Shown: positions 29,205 through 39,525, numbered from the stretch's first letter. The stretch is 47,356 nucleotides of DNA from Bdellovibrionota bacterium (GCA_044356455.1 JBIKWF010000022.1:1-47356), one strand, 5' to 3'. The notes: generated by a model not told the origin, from the letters alone. Program-made: numbers and translations.

Positions 29205-29750
29205 TTACTCCGCATTAGCGGTCTTTTTAAGGATGCTACGCTGCTCAGCTACCGCTTTGGCAATGTGATCAAGCACGCCATTGATAAAGTTAGGGGACTC
29301 GTCGCTCCCGTACAATTTGGCAATTTCTATGGCTTCGTTAATAGCGACATTCGGTGGAATCTCTAGCAAGAACTGAAGTTCAAAGGCAGCGAGGCGCAGT
29401 AAATTGCGATCTACTCGCGCCATTCGGGCGATGCTCCAGTGAGTCGACGCACCAGAGATAAGGCGATCTATCTCTTCAAGATGGGCGGTTACGCCGCGTA
29501 TAAGGGTAAGCGCGAAATCTCGATTCTCAATATCTCCTCCACGCTGCTTGGCATCGGCCGCAGGACCCGAGTGAGCAGCCTCAGCAGTCGCCGAAAATCC
29601 GCTCAGCGAGTCTTCTGAGAGGTCCATAATATCGTCGGGGTAGAAGGCAGCGAGAAAACGCGAGAGCGCATTCTCGTTCCATTCTCCTAGTGTATCGCAC
29701 TGGTAGAGCGCTTGTAGCGCTGCCTCCCGTGCTTTTCGCCGTGATTTCAT
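29205..29750 (-). CDS. nusB: Transcription antitermination factor NusB
   Basis: MKSRRKAREAALQALYQ, WSIARMARVDRNLLR, INEAIEIAKLYG, FINGVLD; contains a ~30-aa acidic insertion. Confidence 0.95.
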   Translation of the reverse strand: MKSRRKAREAALQALYQCDTLGEWNENALSRFLAAFYPDDIMDLSEDSLSGFSATAEAAHSGPAADAKQRGGDIENRDFALTLIRGVTAHLEEIDRLISGASTHWSIARMARVDRNLLRLAAFELQFLLEIPPNVAINEAIEIAKLYGSDESPNFINGVLDHIAKAVAEQRSILKKTANAE

Positions 29751-30133
29751 CCCACCATCCTCAATCAACCCCCCCGGCTGATCTCCTCTAGTGGATAATC
29801 CGATTGTCACCACGAAATGCTCCTAGGAATTCTTCTGAAATCCATAACCGACTAAAAAGACTGACTAATTTCTGCCTTTTTCACGAAGTCGCAAGGTGAA
29901 AGTACTATTTTGCAACTGCGCCCCCACCCCAAATGAGGCATGGGAAGCCAGCTGCTACTAGGAACACCCCAGCCCCTAGATCTCTATGGACCATAGACCT
30001 TTAGAAGGTTATGGGTGAGCAGATGATAGGTGGTACGTGAAAAGGTGAAAGCACGGCGCCTCACCTTAAGACCCTAATAATATAGAATATTTTGCTAGCT
30101 TCCGACAAGTACTCAGCCTTCCTTCCCTCCAGG

Positions 30134-31351
30134 CTAAATGAGGTGCCCAAGCTTGGTGCGCTTGGTCTCAAGATAACTTCGCGAATACTCATCGGGCTCA
30201 ACGACGATAGAAACCCGCTCCGCAATGCGCACTCCGAACACCTCCAAGGCCTTAACCTTTTCTGGGTTGTTCGTCATAAGCCGCACAGAGTTCACCCCGA
30301 AAGTCGAAAGCATCTTCGCTGCCACTGCAAAATCTCTAAGATCGGGGGCGAATCCAAGTGCAATGTTTGCATCCACGGTATCATGGCCCTGATCCTGTAG
30401 AGCGTAGGCTCGCAGTTTATTAGCTAGCCCTATCCCCCGCCCCTCTTGCCGTAAATAGAGCACTATCCCCGCCCCTTCTTTGACGAGCGCATCAAGAGCG
30501 CGGTGAAGCTGAGGACCGCAGTCACACCTGCGGCTGCCTAACACATCTCCCGTAAGACACTCGGAGTGGATTCTCACCAGGGGAGCCCCCTCCTTCGCTG
30601 CCTTTGCGATATCACCGTATACTAGCGCTAAATGTTCCTTACGACTCACATCATCCGCAAGCACTACTGCTGTGAAGCGCCCTTGCGGGGTGGTGAGCTC
30701 CGTGCGCGCGATTTCGCGAACCAGCACCTCATGCGCAATCCGGTGCTTGAGGACTTCGGCCACACTCGTAATCTTAAGGCCAAAGCGCCGTGCAAAGGCG
30801 TTAAGCTGAGCGCCCCTCGCCATGGAGCCATCAGGATTCAGAATTTCACAAATTATTCCAGAAGGTGTGAGTCCACTTAGCCTCGCAAGATCAAAGGAAC
30901 CTTCCGTTTGCCCTTGACGTCCAATGACCCCAGCAGGGGAAGCAATGAGAGGGAACACATGCCCAGGACTCATAAAATCGTTCGGCACCGCGTCCTGCGC
31001 AATCATTCTCTGCATGGTTCGCGCTCGGCCGCTTGCCGTTACCCCGAACCCCGCAACCTCCCGCGCATCAACACTCACGGCAAAAGGCGTCTGAAATGAG
31101 GAATTGTTAGTCAGGGTCTGGAGCGGAATATTAATGCGCTCGGCAACGCTGCCCGAAACCGTCACGCAAATCAGCCCCCTGGCTTCTCGCATCATGAAGG
31201 CGATGGCATCGGAAGTTACCTTTTCGGTGGCAAGAATCAGATCGCCCTCATTCTCGCGGTCCGCATCGTCCACCATGATCACCATTTTGCCTTGGTGAAA
31301 CTCGGAGACAATCTCGGAAAAAGGGGCTATTTCTAGTTGGCTCTCAGACAT
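30134..31351 (-). CDS. ribBA: Bifunctional DHBP synthase / GTP cyclohydrolase II
   Basis: DRENEGD, PGHVFPL, VRIHSECLTGD..RCDCG, QEGRGIGL, LMTNNP. Confidence 0.95.
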   Translation of the reverse strand: MSESQLEIAPFSEIVSEFHQGKMVIMVDDADRENEGDLILATEKVTSDAIAFMMREARGLICVTVSGSVAERINIPLQTLTNNSSFQTPFAVSVDAREVAGFGVTASGRARTMQRMIAQDAVPNDFMSPGHVFPLIASPAGVIGRQGQTEGSFDLARLSGLTPSGIICEILNPDGSMARGAQLNAFARRFGLKITSVAEVLKHRIAHEVLVREIARTELTTPQGRFTAVVLADDVSRKEHLALVYGDIAKAAKEGAPLVRIHSECLTGDVLGSRRCDCGPQLHRALDALVKEGAGIVLYLRQEGRGIGLANKLRAYALQDQGHDTVDANIALGFAPDLRDFAVAAKMLSTFGVNSVRLMTNNPEKVKALEVFGVRIAERVSIVVEPDEYSRSYLETKRTKLGHLI

Positions 31352-31955
31352 GAACACTTAGGATAGTTTTGACGTAGCGAGCAAGCATATCGATCTCAAC
31401 ATTTACCGCCTGCCCGACGGTCTTTGAGGCCAAAGTCGTTACGTCCGCGGTATGCGGTATGATGTACACACCAAAAGTCTTCTCTGTTACCTCCCCCACG
31501 GTGAGCGAAACGCCAGCAAGGGCGATAGAGCCTTTAGTGGCGACGTAAGGGCGCAGGGCCTCTGGAAGCTCCCAGGTAAGCATTATAGAATTGCCATCGG
31601 GCGAGCGATCCAAAAGAGCCACACGTGCATCAACATGGCCTGAAACGAAATGCCCATGAATGCGGTCCCCACTACGCATCGAGCGCTCCAAATTAACCCT
31701 ATCTTCCGCGACAAGGGTACCAAGCGTAGTTTTGCGAAGAGTTTCTGGCGCCGCATCAAAAGAAAGGAGAGCGCATCCTACACCTTGATCAAGCGCCACC
31801 ACGGTAAGACAGCAGCCTTCTATCGAGATGGAATCTCCAATCTTTGTGGCTGAATGGTCCAAGCGACTTTCGATAACAAGCCGCGACCCCACGGTAAGGC
31901 CGTGATGATCCACTGCGACAACCCGGCCCGATTCTTCAACAATTCCAGAAAACAT
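31344..31955 (-). CDS. ribE: Riboflavin synthase (alpha chain)
   Basis: MFSGIVE N-terminus, GCCLTV, VNLER, GHFVSGHVD, KGSIALAGVSLTV. Confidence 0.95.
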   Translation of the reverse strand: MFSGIVEESGRVVAVDHHGLTVGSRLVIESRLDHSATKIGDSISIEGCCLTVVALDQGVGCALLSFDAAPETLRKTTLGTLVAEDRVNLERSMRSGDRIHGHFVSGHVDARVALLDRSPDGNSIMLTWELPEALRPYVATKGSIALAGVSLTVGEVTEKTFGVYIIPHTADVTTLASKTVGQAVNVEIDMLARYVKTILSVHV

Positions 31956-32515
31956 CAGTGCTCCGTTTTGGGATTTATCACTTCAGCTTTAGGAGAGGAC
32001 TCAGAAGCCGCGTCTCTCTTCCTTGATCCTGCCAATTCTTGCTCAACTTTTTTACTTCGCTTGGCACGCGCACCGCCCTTAAGCGACTCAAGGGTGTCGA
32101 CAAACTGGCTTACATCTCGAAACTCTCGATAGACCGAGGCAAACCGCACGTAGGCCACCTTATCGAGTCCTTTGAGAGCATCCATGACATACTCGCCCAC
32201 CTGACGACTCGGAATTTCCTTGGCGCAGAGTTCGTGAATCCTACCCTCGATCTCATCAACCGTGGCATCAATATCCTCTATCTTCACCGGCGTTTTCTCA
32301 CAGGCGCGAATAAGGCCCGCACGCACTTTTACTCGGTCAAAGGGCTCGCTTCGACCATCCTTTTTTACGACCATGGGGAGTGCAAGCTCTATGCGTTCGA
32401 ACGAAGTGAAGCGAAAACTACAACCATCACACTCTCTGCGCCGACGAATTGCGTTCCCATCGCTTCGCGAATCGATTACTGAAATCTGCTCTGAGCTACA
32501 GCGCGGGCATTTCAT
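31955..32515 (-). CDS. nrdR: Transcriptional repressor NrdR
   Basis: MKCPRC..IRRRREC..RFTSFE, ATP cone, VAYVRFASVYREF; about 35-aa C-terminal extension. Confidence 0.96.
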   Translation of the reverse strand: MKCPRCSSEQISVIDSRSDGNAIRRRRECDGCSFRFTSFERIELALPMVVKKDGRSEPFDRVKVRAGLIRACEKTPVKIEDIDATVDEIEGRIHELCAKEIPSRQVGEYVMDALKGLDKVAYVRFASVYREFRDVSQFVDTLESLKGGARAKRSKKVEQELAGSRKRDAASESSPKAEVINPKTEH

Positions 32516-32541
32516 AGAGCTACCTCATGAAGAGACATGCG

Positions 32542-33804
32542 TTAAAGCCGGTTGCGATAAAGGGGGAACCTCTCGCTGAGTGCTCGAACGTCGGCCCGCA
32601 CCTTTGCAAGCGACTGCTCGTTGCCTCGTGCTTGCACTGCGCTCGAGATAAGACTCGCCACCATTTTCATCTCTCCTTCCCCCATACCACGAGTGGTAAG
32701 AGCAGGAGTGCCTAGGCGAATTCCACTACAGACCGAGGGAGGAGCGGGGTCAAAGGGGATGGTATTTTTATTGCCAGTGATGCCAACAGAATCAAGAATT
32801 GCTTGCGCGTCTTTTCCTGAAATGGACGCGGGGCGTAGGTCGACTACGAGCAAGTGTGAGTCGGTTCCACCAGATACAATCCTGAAGCCCTGAACCTCGA
32901 GCTCCCGACTAAGTGCGCGTGCATTCGCAATAACCTGCTTCGCATACTGCTTAAATTCAGGAGCCATTGCCTCCTTGAAGGCCACTGCTTTAGCAGCGAT
33001 GGTATGCATATGAGGGCCTCCCTGTAGGCCTGGGAACACCGCTTTGTTTATTGCCTTGGCATGAACCTCTTTCCCAAGCACGAGGCCTGAACGCGGGCCG
33101 CGAAGGGTCTTGTGCGTAGTGGTGGTAACGATATCGGCCACACCAACAGGGCTGGGATACTCTCCTGCAGCAACAAGTCCGGCGTAATGAGCGATATCAG
33201 CCATAAGATAAGCGCCGACCTCCTTCGCTACTGCGCCAAAGCGCTCGAAATCAATTTGCCGCGAGTACGCAGAAGCTCCCGCGATGATCATCTTCGGGCG
33301 ATGCTGCAGCGCCATGCTGCGAAGCTCATCATAATCGATAAGGTGATCGGTCTCTCGAACCCCATAAGCCACGATCTTGTAATGCTTTCCGGAGAAGTTT
33401 ACGGGACTTCCATGCGTGAGATGCCCGCCTTGATCAAGACGCATTCCCATCACCACATCACCCGTGGAAAGGAGCGCTTCAAATACCGCTTGATTCGCTT
33501 GAGCTCCTGAGTGCGGCTGAACATTGGCAAACTCAGCACCAAAAAGCTTGCAGGCTCTTTCTATTGCGATGCTTTCAACCTCATCAACTACTTCGCATCC
33601 TCCGTAATACCTTTTGCCCGGAAGGCCTTCCGCGTACTTATTGGTCAGGATAGATCCGTTCGCTTCGAGAACTGCTTCCGAGACAAAATTCTCGCTAGGA
33701 ATCATCTCGAGTCCATACTCCTGTCGATGAGTTTCTCGCTTCACGAGATCGAAGATTTGGGAGTCGCTTGCTTTGAGAGAAAGTGCGTGATGCGATGATT
33801 TCAC
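32542..33804 (-). CDS. glyA: Serine hydroxymethyltransferase
   Basis: [33 protein letters not shown] (PLP Lys), [13 protein letters not shown]. Confidence 0.97.
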   Translation of the reverse strand: MKSSHHALSLKASDSQIFDLVKRETHRQEYGLEMIPSENFVSEAVLEANGSILTNKYAEGLPGKRYYGGCEVVDEVESIAIERACKLFGAEFANVQPHSGAQANQAVFEALLSTGDVVMGMRLDQGGHLTHGSPVNFSGKHYKIVAYGVRETDHLIDYDELRSMALQHRPKMIIAGASAYSRQIDFERFGAVAKEVGAYLMADIAHYAGLVAAGEYPSPVGVADIVTTTTHKTLRGPRSGLVLGKEVHAKAINKAVFPGLQGGPHMHTIAAKAVAFKEAMAPEFKQYAKQVIANARALSRELEVQGFRIVSGGTDSHLLVVDLRPASISGKDAQAILDSVGITGNKNTIPFDPAPPSVCSGIRLGTPALTTRGMGEGEMKMVASLISSAVQARGNEQSLAKVRADVRALSERFPLYRNRL

Positions 33805-33996
33805 AGGTAGCCTCAGTGAATTAGTTAACCTGAGGCAGGATAAATCAGCTTGTGGAAAGCCTCAAATCAAAGCTACAGAAACTGCGACCTAAATCGCAGC
33901 CCGCATGAGCCGACGTCTTCGCCAGCCTCCGCGGGCGAAAGTTGCCCCGCCCACGCCCCTCGCCTGAAAGCAACCAGAAGCGCGGAGCGGGCGCCA

Positions 33997-34113
33997 AAAA
34001 ACACAAGGGCACAGAGATAACTGAGAGAACGTAAGCCCTCAGTTATCTCTGCACCCCTGTGTTTTTAGCGGCGCTGTGTTTTTAGCGGCGCTGTGTTTTT
34101 AGCAGCGCTGTGT
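33997..34113. repeat. CACAGAG-family inverted repeat followed by a 3x17-bp tandem repeat
   Basis: aaaaacacaagggcacagagataactgag / ctcagttatctctgcacccctgtgttttt; (ctgtgtttttagcrgcg)x3 at 34057-34107. Confidence 0.8.
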
Positions 34114-34206
34114 CTCTAAACTGTCCCAAACACCACGACCTGGTGGTGTCTAAGCGAACTGCCCTACAGCAGAACTACAGAATAGAAAAACTACAGAATA
34201 GAAGAA

Positions 34207-34455
34207 CTATTCTGCCTGCTTGCCAGTGATGTACGAAAGCACATCCTGAACAGTCTGGATCTTCTCTGCGTCTTCGTCAGGAATCTCCATGTCATACTCT
34301 TCTTCAAGAGCCATGATGAGCTCAACGATATCGAGTGAGTCAGCGCCCAAATCCTCAATAAACGAAGCTTCAGAGGTGACCTCATCAGGGCTTACGCCGA
34401 GCTGGTCAACAATAATTCCCTTAACTCTCTCAGTGATTTCCTCTGCCGATGCCAT
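34207..34455 (-). CDS. acpP: Acyl carrier protein
   Basis: [21 protein letters not shown] before ATG 34455. Confidence 0.96.
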   Translation of the reverse strand: MASAEEITERVKGIIVDQLGVSPDEVTSEASFIEDLGADSLDIVELIMALEEEYDMEIPDEDAEKIQTVQDVLSYITGKQAE

Positions 34456-34531
34456 TACAGTTCCTCCAACATTAGCTTCGTTCATACTCATAATCCCAAT
34501 CTCCAATCGGGTAAAGACGCTGCGGATAAAG

Positions 34532-34634
34532 ACTAGGCGCCAATCTATCAAGCGCCCAAACCACCAGGCGGCCCAACAATCAGCCGGCCCAACAATCAGC
34601 CGGCCCAAAAATCAGGCGCCCAAAATCAGGCGAC
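34532..34634. repeat. Degenerate 15-17 bp tandem repeat (about 6 copies) upstream of acpP
   Basis: atcaagcgcccaaa / accaggcggcccaac / aatcagccggcccaac / aatcagccggcccaaa / aatcaggcgcccaaa / aatcaggcgac. Confidence 0.75.
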
Positions 34635-35097
34635 TGCGTTATGCGACCTATTCCCGCGCCGTTACTTAACGCACCCCGCGTACTAAAACTTCGAGGCGCT
34701 ACCAGTATCAGATTACAACTCCGTACCTCGAAGGGCTCGCCCTCAGCAAGATACCGAATCAAAATTCAAACACTTCTCGCTTCTATACTTTTCAGCTAGA
34801 TAGCAGAAAAAGCTCAGTAGCTCAGGACTTTACGCTAGTGAGACAACACGACCTACCCGATGTTACCCGTCCCAATTAGCCTGATTCAAGCCATCCTGTC
34901 CCCGAACAGACTGTCACTAAATAGTCCGCCACTCAAGTCACTCCGCCAAACCTTCCTTCAAGACACCACCTTAAAAAAGACACCGCTAGTGTCCGAAGAA
35001 ATCATGAAGACAACTCTTCGGTTCTGCATGCATCAGTAAGGCGTACGAGCGGAGAGTCACACTGTGGTAAAAAACACCGCGCTCAAAATCAAACTCG

Positions 35098-35242
35098 GAG
35101 TGTGTCCCGTAGGAACACAAATCTTCAATTCGGACACGATCCGTAGGTAGGCTGTCTCGTTACCGTAGACTGTCTCGTTACCGTAGACTGTCTCGTTACC
35201 ACTGACACATGCAGTGGTAGAAATTTCCTACGGAACAGACTC
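35098..35242. mobile_element. MITE family A, A+B form with internal 18-bp triplication
   Basis: gagtgtgtcccgtagg ... ctacggaacagactc; (gtagrctgtctcgttacc)x3 at 35147-35200. Confidence 0.75.
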
Positions 35243-35425
35243 CCAATCAGTAGGACCAGGCCCCTTAAATAAAGGATGCTGCCAGCATAACTTGCCAACA
35301 CAACCTCCCTGAGAAGGGTACACATGTGTGCTCGAATCTAATTAGAGGGATTGCCGCCGCGAGTCAATACCACCCCCGAGAATGAAAACATGGACAAAAA
35401 ACAAGATAAACCCAAATAAAATTAG

Positions 35426-36196
35426 CTACATATACAGGCCGCCATTTACTCCCACCACTTGCCCCGTGATGTAGCTCGCCCTGTCGCTCGCGATAAATGC
35501 CACGAGCGCTGCAACTTCATCCGCCTTCCCTGTACGCGCCAAGGGCACAGACTGCACATGCTCCTCAACAACCTTGGCATCAAGTGCCTTAGTCATGTCC
35601 GTTTCAATAAACCCTGGAGTTACCGCATTTACCGTGATGGCTCGCGAGGCAAGCTCCCTTGCCATAGATTTTGTCATTCCAATGAGGCCAGCCTTTGAAG
35701 AAACATAGGCAACCTGCCCTGGGTTACCCATCTCACCCACCACTGAGCTTATATTAATTATCCTGCCCCAACGGGCCTTCATCATGACTTTCGCGGCGGC
35801 ACGTGCGCAATAAAACGCGCCGTCAAGATTGGTGGCCATAGTGCTGCGCCAGTCATCGTCCTTAAAACGAATCAAGAGCCCGTCTCGCGAGATACCCGCA
35901 TTATTTACCAGAATATCGAGTCTTCCCTTGCGCTCTTTGATGCCATCAATAGCAGCATCAACTGCATCACGCTGAGCGACATCGAACCCCGCTACTTCGG
36001 CAATAGGCCCCGCCCCACCAGCCGCCGCCCATGCCTCAGCACAGACCTTGGCAGTTTCTTCAGCGGCAGCTGCATTTGAAGTGTAATTTATAACAACGTA
36101 GCAACCAGAAGCGGCAAGTTCAGCGCAAATCGCGCGCCCAATCCCCCTGGAACCACCTGTAACAAGCGCAACCTTTCCCGAAAGATCAATCTTCAT
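35426..36196 (-). CDS. fabG: 3-oxoacyl-ACP reductase
   Basis: TGGSRGIG, NNAGI, YVSSK, PGFIETDMT, VNGGLYM. Confidence 0.95.
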   Translation of the reverse strand: MKIDLSGKVALVTGGSRGIGRAICAELAASGCYVVINYTSNAAAAEETAKVCAEAWAAAGGAGPIAEVAGFDVAQRDAVDAAIDGIKERKGRLDILVNNAGISRDGLLIRFKDDDWRSTMATNLDGAFYCARAAAKVMMKARWGRIINISSVVGEMGNPGQVAYVSSKAGLIGMTKSMARELASRAITVNAVTPGFIETDMTKALDAKVVEEHVQSVPLARTGKADEVAALVAFIASDRASYITGQVVGVNGGLYM

Positions 36197-36452
36197 CTGA
36201 ATCTCTCCCCAAATAGTTTCACAGAAATCATGGGCCTTGCTGAGGCGCTAGAGTCTGTCCGAAATGAAGATTATGCTTCCACTGGACACATTCCTAGCCT
36301 TGCATCGCATTTCTCGGGGCAAAAAGACATGCCGCACCAAGAACAAAAAGACCCGCGTTTGGCGGGCCTCTTCGCACTTTGGTTCTCTGCCAGAATTTTC
36401 TTCAAGGCCGAGCGCCAAATTTGCAATGATCAAGTAAGACTAATGATGCAAA

Positions 36453-36638
36453 CTACTGAGCCTGCTTCTGCTCGACGACTTGCTTGCCGCGATACTGTCC
36501 GCAAGCCATGCACATACGATGGCGAAGCACAGGCTCCCCACAATTTGGACATACAATTGCATACGTGCGCGTAAGGAAATCGTGAGCGCGGCGAGTGCTA
36601 GTACGGGAAGTGGACATTCTTTTCTTAGGAACTGACAT
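36453..36638 (-). CDS. rpmF: 50S ribosomal protein L32 (Zn-binding form)
   Basis: [28 protein letters not shown]. Confidence 0.95.
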   Translation of the reverse strand: MSVPKKRMSTSRTSTRRAHDFLTRTYAIVCPNCGEPVLRHRMCMACGQYRGKQVVEQKQAQ

Positions 36639-36905
36639 AAAGCCTCAAAGTAACAAGAAATTCTAATAAACGCGCAGCAGGTACATATCTAGCTGCAAAT
36701 AAAGCTGGTGCTGCCAACGCTCAAGCCTCGGGACCCTATCATATGCGCCACCATGGCTCAAGAAACGGCGAAAATATGAATTACCCCTCAAGAATCGGAA
36801 CTTAGATGCTTCTCGCAAGCCACAGCAACAAATCGTGCAATTTCAACGCGTTACAGCCAATTCCATGGCGACCCCATTACACTCACCAAGAATTATCTCA
36901 CTAAA

Positions 36906-36974
36906 AAACCACAGAGGGCACAGAGCCCACGGAGAAAAAATCTATCTCCGTGATCTCTGTGCCCTCTGTGGTTT
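36906..36974. repeat. AACCACAGAG-family hairpin downstream of actF
   Basis: 20-bp perfect IR aaaccacagagggcacagag/ctctgtgccctctgtggttt plus an inner 8-bp stem. Confidence 0.85.
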
Positions 36975-37043
36975 AAGAATCATTCCAGAAAACAACTGGC
37001 GCCTAATATCTGGCGGCTACCAGCGTTACTTTGCAAGCCGCTG

Positions 37044-38321
37044 CTACCACTCCTTACTACCACGAGTAAGCGGGCTTCCGACTGGCACAAACGGATACTT
37101 CGCCAGGAAGGAATGGATACAGAGGACAAACGCTCCCAAGAACCCAAGCGTGAGACCTACATCGAATATACCAAAAGGAATTACCGTTGGTGAAAGCTCA
37201 GGAACGATAATGAGATACTTCTCAAGCCAAATACCTACCAGGATGATCGTTGCGACAATGCTATACGCACGAGGAGATTTCTTAACATCCCGGCTAAGCA
37301 ACATGACAAAGGGAAGTACAAAACACATCCCAAACACAATCCACCCAAGCCCCTGCCAAGGCATCTCACGCGTACGCAAAATCATCCACTGAGTCTCCTC
37401 AGGAAGATTTCCATACCACTGAGGAAGAAACTGGCTGAAGAAGGTGTATCCCCAGAGCATGCAAAAACCAAAATTGATTTTCCCTAAATCCCACATTTGC
37501 TGGGTGGTGAGAACCTTTGCGTATTCACGGTGGCGACTCGCAAGATAAAGCGCAGTAATGGCGATCATTGCGAGCGCGGTATAAATGTTCGCTAAAAAGA
37601 CAAAGCCGCCAAACATGTTCGAGAACCACATGGGGTTCATACCCATGAGCATGTCAAATGCGAAAAGAGAGTAGGCAATTGCATACACGAGAATAAGCAG
37701 CGGCGCGTTCCAGGAGAGTTTGCGCTGGGTCTCTATCCCCTCACATTCTGCGCCCCTCCACTCTCCAACCAAGTTGTCGTACTGAGAATTATGCCACCTA
37801 TCTATGTGGCCAGCCTTCTCTCGAATTGTTCCGACATCGGCACGTACAGAGAGTCTTACAAAGCGCCACATGAGGAAGAAAAGAAGTGCAAGCGCCAGTC
37901 CGATGCGCCCGTATACAAGATCTGGTTGAAACCAGAACTCACGCCCTGGCATTGGGTTCGTGCCCCAGTAAAAGAGGTAGTCTTTGCCGAGATACGAGGC
38001 CCAAAAACCAATGTAGGCGAAGGGAAGAAAACTAACCCCTGACTCCGCGATACGTCGAAGCGGGGGAGTCCATTCAGCGCGCACTATTTGAAAAATGGCA
38101 CAAAGGATCACCATCCCACAGGAGATTCCAGTCCAAAAAAACAAATTCGTATAATAAGTCCCCCAGAACTGTTTCGGCGGAAGGGCAATAACCCCATACG
38201 TGAGCGCCACGAGCCCTACTAAAACACACAGCCACATAAGCTTCCGCAAGCCATGCGTCGGCGCAATCGGCTCGGCCTTAATTAGCTCGTCTACATTTAA
38301 ATGTGCTGTCATCGAATGCAT
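37044..38321 (-). CDS. actF: Alternative complex III subunit ActF
   Basis: About 10 TMs; WFSNMFG, FSQFLPQWYGNLPEE; position in the operon. Confidence 0.88.
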   Translation of the reverse strand: MHSMTAHLNVDELIKAEPIAPTHGLRKLMWLCVLVGLVALTYGVIALPPKQFWGTYYTNLFFWTGISCGMVILCAIFQIVRAEWTPPLRRIAESGVSFLPFAYIGFWASYLGKDYLFYWGTNPMPGREFWFQPDLVYGRIGLALALLFFLMWRFVRLSVRADVGTIREKAGHIDRWHNSQYDNLVGEWRGAECEGIETQRKLSWNAPLLILVYAIAYSLFAFDMLMGMNPMWFSNMFGGFVFLANIYTALAMIAITALYLASRHREYAKVLTTQQMWDLGKINFGFCMLWGYTFFSQFLPQWYGNLPEETQWMILRTREMPWQGLGWIVFGMCFVLPFVMLLSRDVKKSPRAYSIVATIILVGIWLEKYLIIVPELSPTVIPFGIFDVGLTLGFLGAFVLCIHSFLAKYPFVPVGSPLTRGSKEW

Positions 38322-38460
38322 ATAGCTCTCACTTCCCTAAGAGGTCCTTTACGAAAAGACCACCTGTTCTCAAAGGCCACACCGTTCTTGCGGCCAACCA
38401 CGTCATACGGAGAAAGAAATTTTGGCTGAAATTGCTTATTTCCCGAAATTACTCAGGCAA

Positions 38461-39000
38461 CTACAGTCCTGGACTCTCCGCCTGCATTTTCCTTACATAG
38501 CTCACGAGATCCCAAATCTCATTGTTGGACAGCTTCCAACCATACCTTGGCATGAGAGCATCCATGCCGCGAAACACGTACGACCAGATGTATCCATCAG
38601 TCTTCGCGAGGTCGTACTTTGGCTGCGTAAGAAGAAGATTCAAGCTAGGAATGCCACTCGCAGCGAGACTTGAGGGCTTATGCTCCCCATTAATAATGGA
38701 ACCATGGCAAACGGTACAATTCACCTGAAAGAGACGCTCTCCGCGTCGTGCAGATGCTGCGCTATTCTTGAAAGGATTCTCCCACTGCTCAGCAATCGTC
38801 TTCCGATCCGGGATTTGCCGCTCTACAGTCCCCACAGGAACTGCATGCGCGTTCTTTGGTCTCATCACCGCACCCGTGACAAGTTGCCCCCCCACCATGT
38901 CTTGATTGAAAGGCAGTGCAAGTACGTCGCCCCCACTCGCAAGGACAAACCCAAGCGACAGCAACGCACACGAAAAATGAGAGAATAAGCTTACTTTCAT
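38461..39000 (-). CDS. actE: Alternative complex III monoheme cytochrome c ActE
   Basis: Single CTVCH, MPRYG distal Met, signal peptide. Confidence 0.85.
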   Translation of the reverse strand: MKVSLFSHFSCALLSLGFVLASGGDVLALPFNQDMVGGQLVTGAVMRPKNAHAVPVGTVERQIPDRKTIAEQWENPFKNSAASARRGERLFQVNCTVCHGSIINGEHKPSSLAASGIPSLNLLLTQPKYDLAKTDGYIWSYVFRGMDALMPRYGWKLSNNEIWDLVSYVRKMQAESPGL

Positions 39001-39003
39001 GGT

Positions 39004-39525
39004 CTATAACCCATCTCGAACATCCACATCCTCGGCACCACAGCTAAGGAGTCTTGTCTTTACTTGATCAATATCAGAGGACTCACATCCCACTACCACT
39101 CCGAATTTGTCACACGAGAACCGGGGATCGTAACCAATCTTTCGAAAGAGATCCGGAATCTTGCAGAAGTGGAACATCGCGAGAAGCGTAAAAATTGCGC
39201 CAAAAAGAATGGTGCATTCGTACCCGATCACCACAAATCCTGGCGGCGAAATAATATTCTTGGCACTGACTCGCAGCGGATAATCAAGCGAACATAATAT
39301 AGCGAGAGAAAAACCAGCTATCAGCCCCGTGACCGCCCCTGTTGCGGTTACGAGGCGCACAGGACTTTTCTCTGGGTAAGTAAGCGCCTCAAGATCATGA
39401 TTAGGAACGGGTGAGTAAACCCTGTAATCAAGATCGTGCTTCTTGGCATCTCTCACGGCATTCATGGCGTCATCGAGATAACTGAATACCCCCACCACTA
39501 CTTTGTTGCCCCGAATACTGGTCAT
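39004..39525 (-). CDS. actD: Alternative complex III subunit ActD (DUF3341)
   Basis: VYSPVPNH, two TMs, ECTILF, YDPRFSCDKF. Confidence 0.88.
   Translation of the reverse strand: MTSIRGNKVVVGVFSYLDDAMNAVRDAKKHDLDYRVYSPVPNHDLEALTYPEKSPVRLVTATGAVTGLIAGFSLAILCSLDYPLRVSAKNIISPPGFVVIGYECTILFGAIFTLLAMFHFCKIPDLFRKIGYDPRFSCDKFGVVVGCESSDIDQVKTRLLSCGAEDVDVRDGL

Noticed and set aside
29751..30133. ribH pseudogene or FMN riboswitch between ribBA and nusB
   Set aside because: I could not recognise lumazine synthase or riboswitch motifs, and the gap is shorter than ribH.
34456..34608. Extended AcpP N-terminus (133-aa ORF)
   Set aside because: It translates the tandem repeat; a strong RBS supports ATG 34455.
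34057..35200. CRISPR array
   Set aside because: The repeats are contiguous 15-18 bp units with no unique spacers, and there are no cas genes.
36835..37392. 185-aa plus-strand ORF
   Set aside because: It is antisense to actF and runs through a palindromic repeat.
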